The translations under genes were made by a program, and so were the position numbers. DNA of 64,000 nt from a virus (Duplodnaviria > Caudoviricetes), in the IMG/VR virus record IMGVR_UViG_3300021399_000131, positions 26,387 to 90,386 of that record. One strand, written 5' to 3'. Below the pieces are notes generated by a model. It made no database searches and had not been told where the DNA came from. It saw nothing but the letters and a program-made list of their open reading frames with translations. Positions 9,186-19,700 of this stretch are shown here, one piece after another (position 1 is the stretch's first letter; each line of letters starts with the position of its first letter).

Positions 9186-9926
9186 ATGATAATTATTATG
9201 AACCTATTTAAGAAATTATTTAGATGGTTGTTTTGGAGAAAAAAGAAAATCTCCAAACCTGTAGTTGAAGAACCTGTTTATAAACTTATTCAAAATGTTA
9301 AATGGCTTACTTGTCCTAAAGGACCTTCTAGTTGGAATCATGCTGCTGGATTACCTGTAGCTATAGCTGATGATTTCATAAGACTACGTTGTGAAGCAGT
9401 AAATGAAGTAGATTATTTCACTGCTGCTATCAAAACTCTAGTAGGTTATGCTGACGGTAAGTTTGAATGTGAAGCCAGGTTCAATTCTGGTAAAGGTACT
9501 TGGCCTGCTATTTGGTGTAGTTGTATGAATGGTGGAAAGGATTACTCCACTTATTATGAAGTTGATTTAAGTGAATATTACGAAACTCGTGATAATACTG
9601 AAACGACTTATCATTGTCCTGAATCTATGCAAGACAGTAGTAAACATTTTTATAAGAATGTTAAAACTAAGATTAGTCCTAAAGAATGGACTAAGTTCGC
9701 TATGACATGGGATGATAAAGCTATCAAAGTTTATATTAATGACAAGAATGTTATGACTATAAATAATGATAGCAATCCTAAACATTTTCCTGTTGATCCT
9801 AATGATAGAATATTTAGATTTATTCTTAGTATGCAGTATAATAATAAATACTTATCTAAAATTGATTTAACTGAACTTCCTCTTTGGATGGATGTTCGTA
9901 ATATTAAAATTTATGAAAAAGTGTAG
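9186..9926 (+). CDS. Glycoside hydrolase family 16 (beta-jelly roll) protein
   Basis: GKFECEARFNSGKGTWPAIW followed by YYEVDLSEY (catalytic E-x-D-x-x-E, 9558-9575), FAMTWDDKAIKVYIND and MDVRNIKIYE. Confidence 0.85.
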   Translation: MIIIMNLFKKLFRWLFWRKKKISKPVVEEPVYKLIQNVKWLTCPKGPSSWNHAAGLPVAIADDFIRLRCEAVNEVDYFTAAIKTLVGYADGKFECEARFNSGKGTWPAIWCSCMNGGKDYSTYYEVDLSEYYETRDNTETTYHCPESMQDSSKHFYKNVKTKISPKEWTKFAMTWDDKAIKVYINDKNVMTINNDSNPKHFPVDPNDRIFRFILSMQYNNKYLSKIDLTELPLWMDVRNIKIYEKV

Positions 9927-10188
9927 TAATGCAGAAGTTGTAAAAGCTTTTTATAATAAAGAAGAAGCTATTAGTTATACTGGTAATCTAACAAGCTATG
10001 GAGATTCTCTCTTTAGTTATTTTACGTGTATTGCTCAAAGACATTATCTTAATAAAAAGATAATTATCAATCTAACATCCTACTCTAATTCTACTAGTAA
10101 ACATCAACGGAATTTAAATAAACATGATATTGTTGTTTATAATGTTCCTAGAAATACTACTAATTTAATTCCTTATTTACCGAAATGA
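9913..10188 (+). CDS. Hypothetical protein (YSNSTSKHQ motif)
   Basis: ATG 9913 overlaps the GH16 end; ATGA-coupled to the Gp157-like gene. Confidence 0.6.
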   Translation: MKKCSNAEVVKAFYNKEEAISYTGNLTSYGDSLFSYFTCIAQRHYLNKKIIINLTSYSNSTSKHQRNLNKHDIVVYNVPRNTTNLIPYLPK

Positions 10189-10940
10189 ATATTTTTGAAA
10201 TCGAACAAAATCTTCAAGAAATCTTTGATGAGATTGAAGAAAATGGAGGAGAAGTTACTCCTGAAACATTAGAAGTTCTAGAAATTCATCAAGATGAATT
10301 TAATCAGAAAGTACAATCTTATGTTGAAGTTATTAAACGTCTTAAGTCTGATGTCAATCTTATCAAAGAAGAAGAAGCTAGACTTAAAGTTCTTAAACAA
10401 TCTAAAGAAAAACTTCAAGATAAGCTTAGTAAGATAATTATTGATGCTATCGAAAGATTCGGAGATACTTCTAAATCTGGTGCAAAGTTTGTGGATTATG
10501 GAACAGGTAAAGTATCTATTCGTAAATCTGAATCAATAATTACTAATGATAGTTATATTGATGAACTAAATACTACTGTAGCTGCTATCTTTAGAGATTT
10601 ACAAAAGAATAAGCAACTCTACGTTGAAAATCATATTGATACTTCTACTGTAAATGATGTCGTTAAGACTAATTGGGTTAATGGTGGTGCTGATATTGAC
10701 TGTATTATAGATGTATCTGATGAAGATTTGGAAGATATAACTACAAGTGTAACTTTCAAAGCTAAACTTTCAGACCTTATGAACGAACGATTTGGTATTG
10801 TTGCTGATATTCTTTCTACTATAGGTACTATCGACATGAAATCTTCTGTTAATAAAACAGAAATAAAACCTATGCTTAAAAGTGGAAAAGAATCTGCGGT
10901 TGCAGCAATAGTAACAAATAAAAATCTTTCTATAAAATGA
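10185..10940 (+). CDS. Siphovirus Gp157-like protein
   Basis: MNIFEIEQNLQEIFDEIEENGGE.....KVQSYVEVIKRLKSD...IKEEEARLK coiled coil, then GKVSIRKSES. Confidence 0.75.
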   Translation: MNIFEIEQNLQEIFDEIEENGGEVTPETLEVLEIHQDEFNQKVQSYVEVIKRLKSDVNLIKEEEARLKVLKQSKEKLQDKLSKIIIDAIERFGDTSKSGAKFVDYGTGKVSIRKSESIITNDSYIDELNTTVAAIFRDLQKNKQLYVENHIDTSTVNDVVKTNWVNGGADIDCIIDVSDEDLEDITTSVTFKAKLSDLMNERFGIVADILSTIGTIDMKSSVNKTEIKPMLKSGKESAVAAIVTNKNLSIK

Positions 10941-11140
10941 AATTTCGTGTAATTCGTAAACCTTTTTATTTTTCTAGTGCATCTGGTGATGCACTAGAAA
11001 AATATATTAGACCAGTTCTTCAAATGAAAATTCTATTCTTTTGGATTACTATAAAAGAGTTTTTATATGAAGATAAACTTAAAGCAAACAAAAATGCAAA
11101 TAGAGTGTATAATATTTTAATAAAAGAAAAAGAACTATGA
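10937..11140 (+). CDS. Small hypothetical protein
   Basis: 67 aa, ATGA overlaps at both ends. Confidence 0.55.
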   Translation: MKFRVIRKPFYFSSASGDALEKYIRPVLQMKILFFWITIKEFLYEDKLKANKNANRVYNILIKEKEL

Positions 11141-12198
11141 GTTATTCAGTTAAAGGTTTACCATGGTCTAGTGGTATAGGCAAAGATGTAAGAGATTGCA
11201 CTACTGCTAGAGAAGTAATGGAAAAAGCTCATCTTGATTGGGCTGTTGATAAATGTGAACTTGTTGCTAGAATGCCTTTCAGAATTGGAGCAGATAATCA
11301 AGTTAGTGAATTAATGGGTGATTTTGTACATGATGGTAATATTTATCGTGATTGTCCAAACGCTTTTGCTACTTATCGTACTGATAAAAATATTCCTTTA
11401 GGAATTGTTGCTACTAAATATGAAGTTGTTCAGAATATGGATGCTTTTAATTTCTTTGACGATGCTATTGGAAGAGGTAAAGCTGTTTGGCAAACTGCTG
11501 GACAATTTGGTTATGGTCATAAAATATTTATTTCTGCTAAATTACCTATTACTACAAAAGTAAAAGGTGACCCAGTAGAAAATTATCTAGTATTTAGTAA
11601 TTCTCATGATGGAAGTAGCAGTGTAAACATTTTATTTACTCCTATAAGAGTATTTTGTACTAATTGTTTACAAGCTGCTTTTAAAAATTCATCTGCTTAT
11701 CTTCGTATTCGTCATACTAAAAGTGCAAGAACTAGACTTTCTGAAGGAATTGAAATTCTCAAATTAGCTTGTGAATATGCTATAGATGCTCAAGATCTGT
11801 ATAATAGTCTTGCTGCTGTACAGTTAGGAGATAGAGAAGTATTAAGATACCTTGGAAGTCTAATACTTACTACAGGGGAGCAAGCTGCTCTAGAATTATT
11901 TGATGATGTTCGAGGATATGAAAAGCTTGCTTATCGTGATTATCTTACTATGGAACGTACTGGTATTAGTACTCGAAAAGCTAACAAACTTGCTACTATG
12001 TTTGATTATTATCAGAATGGTGTAGCACAAAAGAATATTGTTGGAACTGCATGGGGTGCATATAACGCTGTTACTGGATATTATAGTAATGTAGATAATA
12101 AAGAAGGTGAACGTAGGATGGATTCTCTTCTCTACGGGGGAGCTAATGTTGCTATGACTACCGCTCTTACTAATATTGTTAATCTTAAAGCTGCTTAA
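11137..12198 (+). CDS. DUF932-family (phage/plasmid-like) protein
   Basis: LGIVATKYEVVQN.DAF.FFD, YLVFSNSHDGSSSV, TPIRVFCTNCL, IRHTKS and GTAWGAYNAVT.Y motifs. Confidence 0.8.
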   Translation: MSYSVKGLPWSSGIGKDVRDCTTAREVMEKAHLDWAVDKCELVARMPFRIGADNQVSELMGDFVHDGNIYRDCPNAFATYRTDKNIPLGIVATKYEVVQNMDAFNFFDDAIGRGKAVWQTAGQFGYGHKIFISAKLPITTKVKGDPVENYLVFSNSHDGSSSVNILFTPIRVFCTNCLQAAFKNSSAYLRIRHTKSARTRLSEGIEILKLACEYAIDAQDLYNSLAAVQLGDREVLRYLGSLILTTGEQAALELFDDVRGYEKLAYRDYLTMERTGISTRKANKLATMFDYYQNGVAQKNIVGTAWGAYNAVTGYYSNVDNKEGERRMDSLLYGGANVAMTTALTNIVNLKAA

Positions 12199-12201
12199 AT
12201 T

Positions 12202-12519
12202 ATGAATAAGAATAAGAATGATAATAGCAAGTATAAGAACATAGATTTATCGAATATTGATATTGCTAAGATAGACTATGCTAAAGTATTAAAAGATGCT
12301 AATGTTAATCATCCATCTCATTATTGCAATATAGATGGAATAGAATGTATAGACGTTGCTGAGCACTTTAATTTCAATATAGGTAATGCTATAAAGTATC
12401 TTTGGCGTGCAGGTCTAAAAAATAAAAATAAATATATTGAAGATTTGCTTAAAGCTAAATGGTATATAGATAGAGAAATTAAGCGTGTTAGCCCCCCTGT
12501 AGAAGAAAGTGATAATTGA
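12202..12519 (+). CDS. DUF3310-family protein
   Basis: VNHPSHY...IECID......GNAIKYLWRAGLKN...EDLLKAKWYIDREI. Confidence 0.85.
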   Translation: MNKNKNDNSKYKNIDLSNIDIAKIDYAKVLKDANVNHPSHYCNIDGIECIDVAEHFNFNIGNAIKYLWRAGLKNKNKYIEDLLKAKWYIDREIKRVSPPVEESDN

Positions 12520-12533
12520 TACCAAAGTTAATT

Positions 12534-12591
12534 TAAGTTAAACACTTGTATTATATAATACTTTTTATTATATTTGCGAGTGTTTAACTTA
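12534..12591 (+). promoter_or_regulatory. Bacteroidota promoter enclosed by a 13-bp inverted repeat
   Basis: CTTG 12545-12548, 20-bp spacer, TATATTTG 12569-12576; flanked by TAAGTTAAACACT (12534-12546) and AGTGTTTAACTTA (12579-12591). Confidence 0.7.
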
Positions 12592-12605
12592 TAAATAATA
12601 AGACA

Positions 12606-13046
12606 ATGAAAGTAAAAATAAAGAAACTTAATCCTCTTGCAGTAATTCCGAAATATGCTAAACCAGGAGATGCTGGAATGGATTTAACTGCTGTTAGTTA
12701 TGAATATGATGGTGCTCACGATAATTATATTTATGGCACTGGATTAGCAGTTGAGATACCTGAAGGTTATGTAGGTCTTATATTTCCTCGTAGTTCTAAT
12801 CGTAAAACTTCTGCTTATCTTACTAATCATGTAGGTGTTGTCGATAGCGGTTATCGTGGTGAAATCATGCTTACTTTTAAAGGTCGTGATAGTGGTAGAT
12901 TGTTAATGCCTTATGCTCCATATCAAGTTGGAGATAGAATAGGTCAATTAATTATCATGCCTTATCCAAAGATTGAATTTGAAGAAGTAAACGAACTTAG
13001 TGAAACTGAAAGAGGAGAAGGTGGACATGGAAGTACAGGAAATTAA
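12606..13046 (+). CDS. dut: Trimeric dUTPase
   Basis: All five motifs present: AGMDL, FPRSS, GVVDSGYRGEI, GDRIGQL, RGEGGHGSTG. Confidence 0.97.
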   Translation: MKVKIKKLNPLAVIPKYAKPGDAGMDLTAVSYEYDGAHDNYIYGTGLAVEIPEGYVGLIFPRSSNRKTSAYLTNHVGVVDSGYRGEIMLTFKGRDSGRLLMPYAPYQVGDRIGQLIIMPYPKIEFEEVNELSETERGEGGHGSTGN

Positions 13047-13069
13047 TAACTTTTAAATTTAAAATAATT

Positions 13070-13327
13070 ATGGAAAAATTTGTAGCAAACATGATTGAAG
13101 AACACGCTCAACTTGTTAAGCGTGTTGAACGTCTTCACAACTATGTGTATAGTGAAAAGAGTGATAAAGATGATAAAGTTGAATTTGCTAATAAAGCTAT
13201 TCAGCTTGCTGCAATGAAGAAGTATGAAGAAGCTCTTCGTGCAAGGCTGGAAAATCAAGGTATTATTATTGAAAACGGTGCTTATTATGATAAGCTAGTT
13301 ACTATTGATGATGCAACAGAAAGCTAA
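13070..13327 (+). CDS. Small helical protein resembling the crAss001_48-related family
   Basis: MIEEHAQLVKRVERL...QLAAMKKYEEALRARL pattern; family assignment from memory. Confidence 0.55.
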   Translation: MEKFVANMIEEHAQLVKRVERLHNYVYSEKSDKDDKVEFANKAIQLAAMKKYEEALRARLENQGIIIENGAYYDKLVTIDDATES

Positions 13328-13610
13328 AGTTATTCTTGTAACAACTCAAGGTTGTGAAGGATGTAGAATACAAAAGAATCTTTTAGATAAAGTTTATCAA
13401 GATTATAAAGACAAATACGATTATATAATTATTGATAGAGCTGATATAAAAGAAACTTTTAAAGATATGTCCAATGTAGAAACTGGAATGATGAGTGATT
13501 TCCCAACTACCGTCTTTTGTATTGACGATTGTGTTATTACTAAACTGATTGGTACAAAACCTAGAGGAATCCTCAAACAATATGTCGAAGATATGCTAAG
13601 TAAGTGTTAA
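13308..13610 (+). CDS. Thioredoxin/glutaredoxin-like protein
   Basis: VILVTTQGCEGC (CxxC) and SDFPTTVF (cis-Pro loop); start at ATG 13308 or 13311. Confidence 0.85.
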   Translation: MMQQKAKVILVTTQGCEGCRIQKNLLDKVYQDYKDKYDYIIIDRADIKETFKDMSNVETGMMSDFPTTVFCIDDCVITKLIGTKPRGILKQYVEDMLSKC

Positions 13611-13658
13611 TTAATTGAATCATTTTTGGACTCTAATTAGTATCTTTGTTCATATTGG

Positions 13659-13702
13659 TAATGGTGGTGAAGATGTGAATCTTTGCCACCATTATTTGTT
13701 TC
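13659..13702 (+). terminator. Intrinsic terminator ending the + strand block
   Basis: TAATGGTGGTGAAGAT-GTGA-ATCTTTGCCACCATTA stem, then TTTGTTTC. Confidence 0.75.
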
Positions 13703-13751
13703 TGATTCTGCCAACGAGCATAAAAGAGCATAAATATAGTCTATTTGCTCA

Positions 13752-13823
13752 TCTCGTAACGTCTGTTGCGTTTTATATATGAAGATGATAAATCCTTCAT
13801 CTAAAAATTATCGTGTCTTAAAT
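13752..13823 (+). repeat. Dispersed ~73-bp intergenic element, copy B
   Basis: Aligns with 5849-5921, including identical TCTCGTAAC and AATTATCGTGTCT blocks. Confidence 0.75.
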
Positions 13824-13864
13824 GTAATTTTAAAAGATGAAAGATTTTACTATTAAAACTATTT

Positions 13865-13909
13865 AAGCCCCAGATATTCCATTAGGAGTATTTGGGGCTT
13901 TTTTTTTTT
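13865..13909. terminator. Strong hairpin, probably a bidirectional terminator between the convergent blocks
   Basis: AAGCCCCAGATATTCC-ATTA-GGAGTATTTGGGGCTT plus a T run; close to the stop of the 932-aa gene at 13917. Confidence 0.8.
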
Positions 13910-13916
13910 GAATAGT

Positions 13917-16715
13917 TTAATAACTTAGTTGTCCACCACTTTCTAATCTTCTTCTGACTGCACCACCATATTTCTTTTGACTACGATTTTTATTAACTAC
14001 AAATTCATCGCCAATATAGACACCACGAGATTTAGCATTAGGATTAAGTTTATAGAATTCATCAAGAGTCATTCCGTAACGATGTGCAATAGCCCAAGGA
14101 GAATCACCGCGTTTAGTAACTTTTTTAATTTGTTGGTCATTAGTTATGTTACGTGTAAGATTAACTGAATCACCAACATATACACCACGTTTTTCCATAC
14201 CTGGATTAAGTTCATAAAGAGTATTAATTGTAATACCTGCTTTATCTGCTATTTTCCAAGGAGAATCACCTTTTATTACAGTATAATCTTCATTCTTCGG
14301 AATACTAGCTGTATCACTAGTTGTATACTTAGTTGATAAACTAGTTCCTTTATTAGTAGTCTGTTGAGTTTTATCAGTTTCTCTTACTGCTTTTGCAGGA
14401 CTTTCTGGTTTATTAACTGGCTCTTTAGCAACTTGTTTAGCTTTAACAGTATCATTAGTAGCTATTTGAGTAGCAGGTTTAGCAGGAGCTTTAGCTTTAA
14501 TAGTATCTGTTCTTGCAGTATCTGTTCTTGCAACATTAGGTTTGACATTATTATTTACAGTAGAAGTTCTTACAGTATCAGGTTGTGCTATGTTATTATT
14601 AGTTTGTCTAACAACTTGTCTAGGAGTAGGTTTAACTGTAGCTGTATCTTGTTGTGCAGTAGACTGATTATTATATCTAGGCATCTGAGATATAGAAGAA
14701 TAATTTTTTGGACGATTATTATTAGATTTTACATTATTTCTTATTTTGTTTATATTTGCATCAACTAGCCCTTGTGTAATTACTGAGTTTTTATATTCAT
14801 TAATCAAAGAATTAACTAGTTCTGGAGCATTTTTTGATATATTTCGACCTAATATTTCTAAATTAACATCATCAAGATTACGATTTTCATCCAATCTATG
14901 AAGGAAACCAAGAGTTCTATAATAATTTCTTAAACCATCAGGAGTTCTATTTAATTCAGAAGTCGGTTGATTATAAGGATTTGTAGACATTTGAATTCCT
15001 CTAAAATTCCAAGTAGTAGGAGTAGGTTGATCGTTTACAGTAGGTTCTGGAGAAGAAATAGTTTGAGTAACGGGTCTATTGAATATTAAAGGATAAGCTT
15101 CTTTTAAAGTTTGAGGTCTACCAGTACTCATAGTAATTCCTCTAAAATTCCATGTACCGCCACCTGGAAATTTAACACGACCACCATATTCTTTTTTACT
15201 TCTAAGTTTGTAAGCAATATTATCTAAAGCTGCGTTATATTTATTTGCTACACCATATCCTGCATTAGCTAATCGTAACCCTATTGTAAGGGGTAACCTT
15301 TGATCATCACGAATAGGTTCATAATAACGTCTAGCTATTTGATTACGAACATTATCAAAATTATCAATAGGCATTTTTGGTAATTGTTCTAAATAATTTA
15401 TTGTTTGTTCAGAAGCAGGAATGTTATTTAGAATATAATTAGTATAACTTTGTTTAGCTTTATTTAATAAGGTATTTAATTTTTTACCTATAGGTCCTTT
15501 AGAAGGTCCTCCATACTTATATAAATATCTATTATCTACATAAGTTCTACCGTATTGTTTTGCATCCCTCAACATATTTTCTTTTATTTGCGGAGTTAAT
15601 TGCATAGTTTCATAATAAGTATTATATTCAGGATTATTTTGTAAAAACGGTGTTGGTTCTTTTTCACTTAGCATTTTAAGAGTATTATAAAATTTAATAT
15701 CATCTTCTGTAGGATTATAGTCTTTATACGCTTGTTGCCAATCTAATTCTTCTTGAGTTAGTATGTCATCATTCATTTTTTGCTGATACCTTTCTCTTAT
15801 AGCATTAGCTTTAGCTCTCTTTACACCAGGCATATATCTAATTTGTGCTTTAGTTGTAGCTCTCGGTTCAATATTTTTTCCTGTTGGTTCTATAATTAAA
15901 TTATTACCTCTAGATTCTATTGGATAAACAGCATTAATTTCTGCAGCACTTGGTTTAGTTCCATCAGGTCTAATTCCTCTTGTCATCCAATAATAATCTT
16001 GTCTATTAGCAAGGTTGTTCATTCCTCTAATGTAAGCTCGTCCTAAACCTCTAATGTTAGCACCTGATACACCTCCAAGTACTCCACCAAGTAATCCTCC
16101 TAATTCTGAACCTGCATAATTGCCTGTATAGGGATTATCAAAATTCTGACCAATGTTTGTACCTATTGTTGCTCCTAAAGCACCACCTCCAACACTACCT
16201 AGTAATTCTAATCCTCCCATTCCTGCCGCATAAGGAAGCATAGCAACTTGAGCTAATCCAGAAGCAACATCTTTAGCACTTTGACTATGACGTTTATACC
16301 AATCACTTCCAGGACCAAACATTTGATCTTGTGCTAATTTAGCCCAACCTTGTTGATTAAGTGCACCATCTTTACCAACATATTTTTTATCTTTCATAAT
16401 GTTATTCAGAATACCTACAGTTCTGAAATAATCATTATTGTTTCCGACTCCTCGTTGTTGACTAATTTGATTTGCTAATTGATTTACATATCTAGCTTGC
16501 GGATTAGGAGATTGTCCAACTATTTGAGCAGCAGGAAGACCTACAGCTTGATAATCTCTATTTTCTGCAGTAGGAGCAAATTGAACATTATATCCACCTG
16601 TAGGAGAATATACAGTGTTATTAGAGTTCATAAGATAAGCAAGTAACTCATCTTCATTGCCTACTCTTTTGCCTCTTCTAGCAAGAGGTCTTACATTTTT
16701 TAATTTAATTTTCAT
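13917..16715 (-). CDS. Virion cargo/ejection-type protein with two C-terminal LysM domains
   Basis: YTVIKGDSPWKIADKAGITINTLYELNP...VYVGDSVNL and KRGDSPWAIAHRYGMTLDEFYKLNP...VYIGDEFVV; Gly-rich hydrophobic segment at about aa 160-220; Thr/Ala/Lys/Pro linker. Confidence 0.85.
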   Translation of the reverse strand: MKIKLKNVRPLARRGKRVGNEDELLAYLMNSNNTVYSPTGGYNVQFAPTAENRDYQAVGLPAAQIVGQSPNPQARYVNQLANQISQQRGVGNNNDYFRTVGILNNIMKDKKYVGKDGALNQQGWAKLAQDQMFGPGSDWYKRHSQSAKDVASGLAQVAMLPYAAGMGGLELLGSVGGGALGATIGTNIGQNFDNPYTGNYAGSELGGLLGGVLGGVSGANIRGLGRAYIRGMNNLANRQDYYWMTRGIRPDGTKPSAAEINAVYPIESRGNNLIIEPTGKNIEPRATTKAQIRYMPGVKRAKANAIRERYQQKMNDDILTQEELDWQQAYKDYNPTEDDIKFYNTLKMLSEKEPTPFLQNNPEYNTYYETMQLTPQIKENMLRDAKQYGRTYVDNRYLYKYGGPSKGPIGKKLNTLLNKAKQSYTNYILNNIPASEQTINYLEQLPKMPIDNFDNVRNQIARRYYEPIRDDQRLPLTIGLRLANAGYGVANKYNAALDNIAYKLRSKKEYGGRVKFPGGGTWNFRGITMSTGRPQTLKEAYPLIFNRPVTQTISSPEPTVNDQPTPTTWNFRGIQMSTNPYNQPTSELNRTPDGLRNYYRTLGFLHRLDENRNLDDVNLEILGRNISKNAPELVNSLINEYKNSVITQGLVDANINKIRNNVKSNNNRPKNYSSISQMPRYNNQSTAQQDTATVKPTPRQVVRQTNNNIAQPDTVRTSTVNNNVKPNVARTDTARTDTIKAKAPAKPATQIATNDTVKAKQVAKEPVNKPESPAKAVRETDKTQQTTNKGTSLSTKYTTSDTASIPKNEDYTVIKGDSPWKIADKAGITINTLYELNPGMEKRGVYVGDSVNLTRNITNDQQIKKVTKRGDSPWAIAHRYGMTLDEFYKLNPNAKSRGVYIGDEFVVNKNRSQKKYGGAVRRRLESGGQLSY

Positions 16716-16745
16716 AATAGTACTATTAATATTTATAAGTTAAGA

Positions 16746-16780
16746 TAGAGGAAGCAATACACTTCCTCTATCGGGGAGTT
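16746..16780 (-). terminator. Hairpin after the RNAP gene that includes a CCCCGATAG motif variant
   Basis: TAGAGGAAG (16746-16754) / CTTCCTCTA (16762-16770); lies between the 4951-aa stop and the 932-aa start. Confidence 0.5.
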
Positions 16781-16782
16781 AA

Positions 16783-19700
16783 TCAATCTTCTTCTTTATC
16801 ACTAGTTTTCTTTTTATTTTTCTTCTTCTTTCTAGTTTCTTTTTTACCAACTTCATGTCCTCTTAAATCACCAGCATAACCTCTAGCACTTCCAAATACT
16901 GTACTACCTGTGTCACCAACTTTATAATATTGATTAGAATTAACAATATCAAATAAAGAATACAAACTAGAATACATTGGAATACGTCGTTTAATGTATA
17001 CCCAAAGTTTGTTTTGTCCAGCAAATCGTCCACTTTGATATGTCATATCATAATCTTCATCACCAGTTAACCATTTAAATGCTGCAACGACAGAACTAAA
17101 AGCATCACCTACAACACTTTGTGCAGCTACTGGAGTAGACATAAGTTTTTTAGTTTCACTCATTAATCCCCAAGGATTATACATAAAACATTCACTAGCA
17201 AGTCTATCCATTTCATATACAGCTAAGTTCCAACCAGGATTATCAAGAAACTCATCATCTGTATCTGCAATATACCAAAGAGCAACGAGTGTGAAGAATG
17301 CTCCAAGTGTTCCAGCAAAATCACCAAAATTTCTAAGAATATTGGCTCTTTCATATTCTGGAAGAATATGCCAAGTAGTAGCAAATTGACCAAAGAAATG
17401 TAAACTATGAGCAAAGAAATATTGAAGACCTTGAATAGCACCAAGTTGATCATCAGTTATACTAGGGTCAGAGGCTTTTATTTTTCTCCAGTTAAGAGAT
17501 ACAAAATCAGCCATAGATTGCCATAGTCCTTTTTCAACACTACCTCTAAATTCATTGAATAGTCCTCTGGCTCTATAACGTTTTAGCAGCCCTATAGGAA
17601 GATGTTTATGATATTGCATTACAAGACTTCCCCACCATTGTTTTTCGATATAAGCTGCACCATCTCTGTTATAAACTCCATGGATTTTATTATTGACTTT
17701 TCTTACACGTTCTGCAAAATTACCAAGAAGTTGTTCAGCTTCAGTAACTTTACCATTTCTATAGAATTGATTATGCAATGCTTCTAATTGACTACCTTCA
17801 ACAAAGCTCATATCTCCATCTTCTCCTAGTTTTAACTGAGAATACATATCTGGAAGTTCATCAAACTCTTTTATTAAATCATCTTCTGCTTCTTTACGTT
17901 TAGTAATAAATTCTTTTATTTGTTTTACTCCACTATGAATATAAGCCCATTCTACTAAAAGATTTTTTCTAAACCAAGCATAATCTTTAGCTTTATTTTT
18001 ATCTGCTTTTTCTTGCTCTTTAAATTTCTTAAATTCCTCTTTTTGCTCATCATCTAATATACTATTAAGTATGTCACCTTCTTTGTATCTTAGATATTCA
18101 GCACGATTCATATAAGTTACACCGTTTTCAGTTTCTACAAGTTTATGGCTTTTTAGCATAGCAAATAAAACACTATTTTGCATAAAATGCTCACCAAGAG
18201 TTTGAGGAGAATAAGTAAAGTTTCTTATACCTTCAGAAATAGATTTCAAATCTCTTTCTTTAATTAATCCTGTATGTTCGTCATAATCTACAACATTAAA
18301 ATATTTTATAATAGCATCTTGTTTACTATAAGAAATATTAGAATTATGAATAGTCTGATTATAAGCTCTTCTTGCATAACTTATTAAACCTCTTCGCCAT
18401 TCATTTGTAGCACTTCTCCAATGTTGAAAATATTCACTAGCTACACGTTCTCCAAGAATACCAGTAAGGCCTAATGTTACATTTGCAATACCACCACGAA
18501 TATTAAATGTCATATAGTTAGCACTGGTAAAAGATTGTAGAGCATTAGCAAATTTAGTGTAATTACCTTCTGGTTCTTTCCATTGGTCGAGCAATATTCT
18601 TCGCATAACTACTTCTAACTGCTTTATAACATTGTCATCTGTAGCCATATCATAAACTGTTTCACCGTCTGTATCACTAATTACTTGTAAATCTCCATTT
18701 ATACCATGAGTTCTAGTGTACATTTTCATGCGTTTTAGTTCTTCTTGTAAAAAATAGAGCTTTTGCTTATTTTCTTGAACAGCATTAAATCTACCAGCTT
18801 GAATTAAATAATTTTCTATTACTTTCAGCCAATCTCTGTCCATTAAAGACTCACGTAATTCTTTCAATTCATCTTGTAATTTAGCTATATCTTCTTCATT
18901 TTTTGCTACTCGTTCATTATATTCTTGTTCTGTAGCACATTGTTCAGGTGTAGGAGCATTCTTTCTAAGTTTTTCAATTTTTTCTTCAAGTGTTCTTGTT
19001 TGTTTATTATTTAATTCAGATGTCATAGGCATAATAGGAATTCTGTCATTATCATAATTCATTTCTTTATACCAAGGTTTAGTACCAGATTCTGTAGAAA
19101 CACCTATACCAAACAATTTAAGAGCTTCTTTTATTCCTAATTGTGCTGATAATTCTTCACGTTTTAATTCTTTAGGAAGATTACCATGTTTAAAATAACC
19201 TTTTCCTTGTCTATTTTGAGCACTTTCTAAAAGAGTTTGATACATATAATCTCTAGCAGCTTTTTCTACTTCATTTAAATCTGTATGACTATCATATGCA
19301 CCATTGTCTGAACCAGGAACATAATTTTCTGCAAGTCCTACATTAGGATCATAATTAGGATTCGCTTTATCTTCTTGAACAGTTCTATCAGTCTGAGAAA
19401 TATTAGGAATCCATTTACCTATAACATCTTCAGTATTTGTTTCATCTTCTGCAAAATCCGGATAATTCTCAGCAAAATACTGATTCAAATAATCAACATT
19501 GTATTCACGTCTAGTCCAACAAGAAAGAGGCTCATAACGTTTACTATATGGATTATATACATGATTATTCTCAAACCATTCTTCATAAGTGCCATTTTGC
19601 TCAGCTTCATGTTTAGCTTCGTAGTATGCTGGTAGTATAGTTGTAACAAAGGCATTCTTTATTATTTCTAATGCTTTAACTTTGTCAGTATCAGTATACA

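Noticed and set aside
12534-12591. Invertible (phase-variable) promoter at dut
   Set aside because: The IRs enclose only 32 bp, one arm overlaps the -33 element, and no invertase is visible; an operator or hairpin is more parsimonious.
14504-15160. Short internal duplications in the LysM protein (15-nt tandem encoding RTDTARTDT; twice TWNFRGIxMST)
   Set aside because: Ordinary linker expansions in a low-complexity region with no sign of a separate function.
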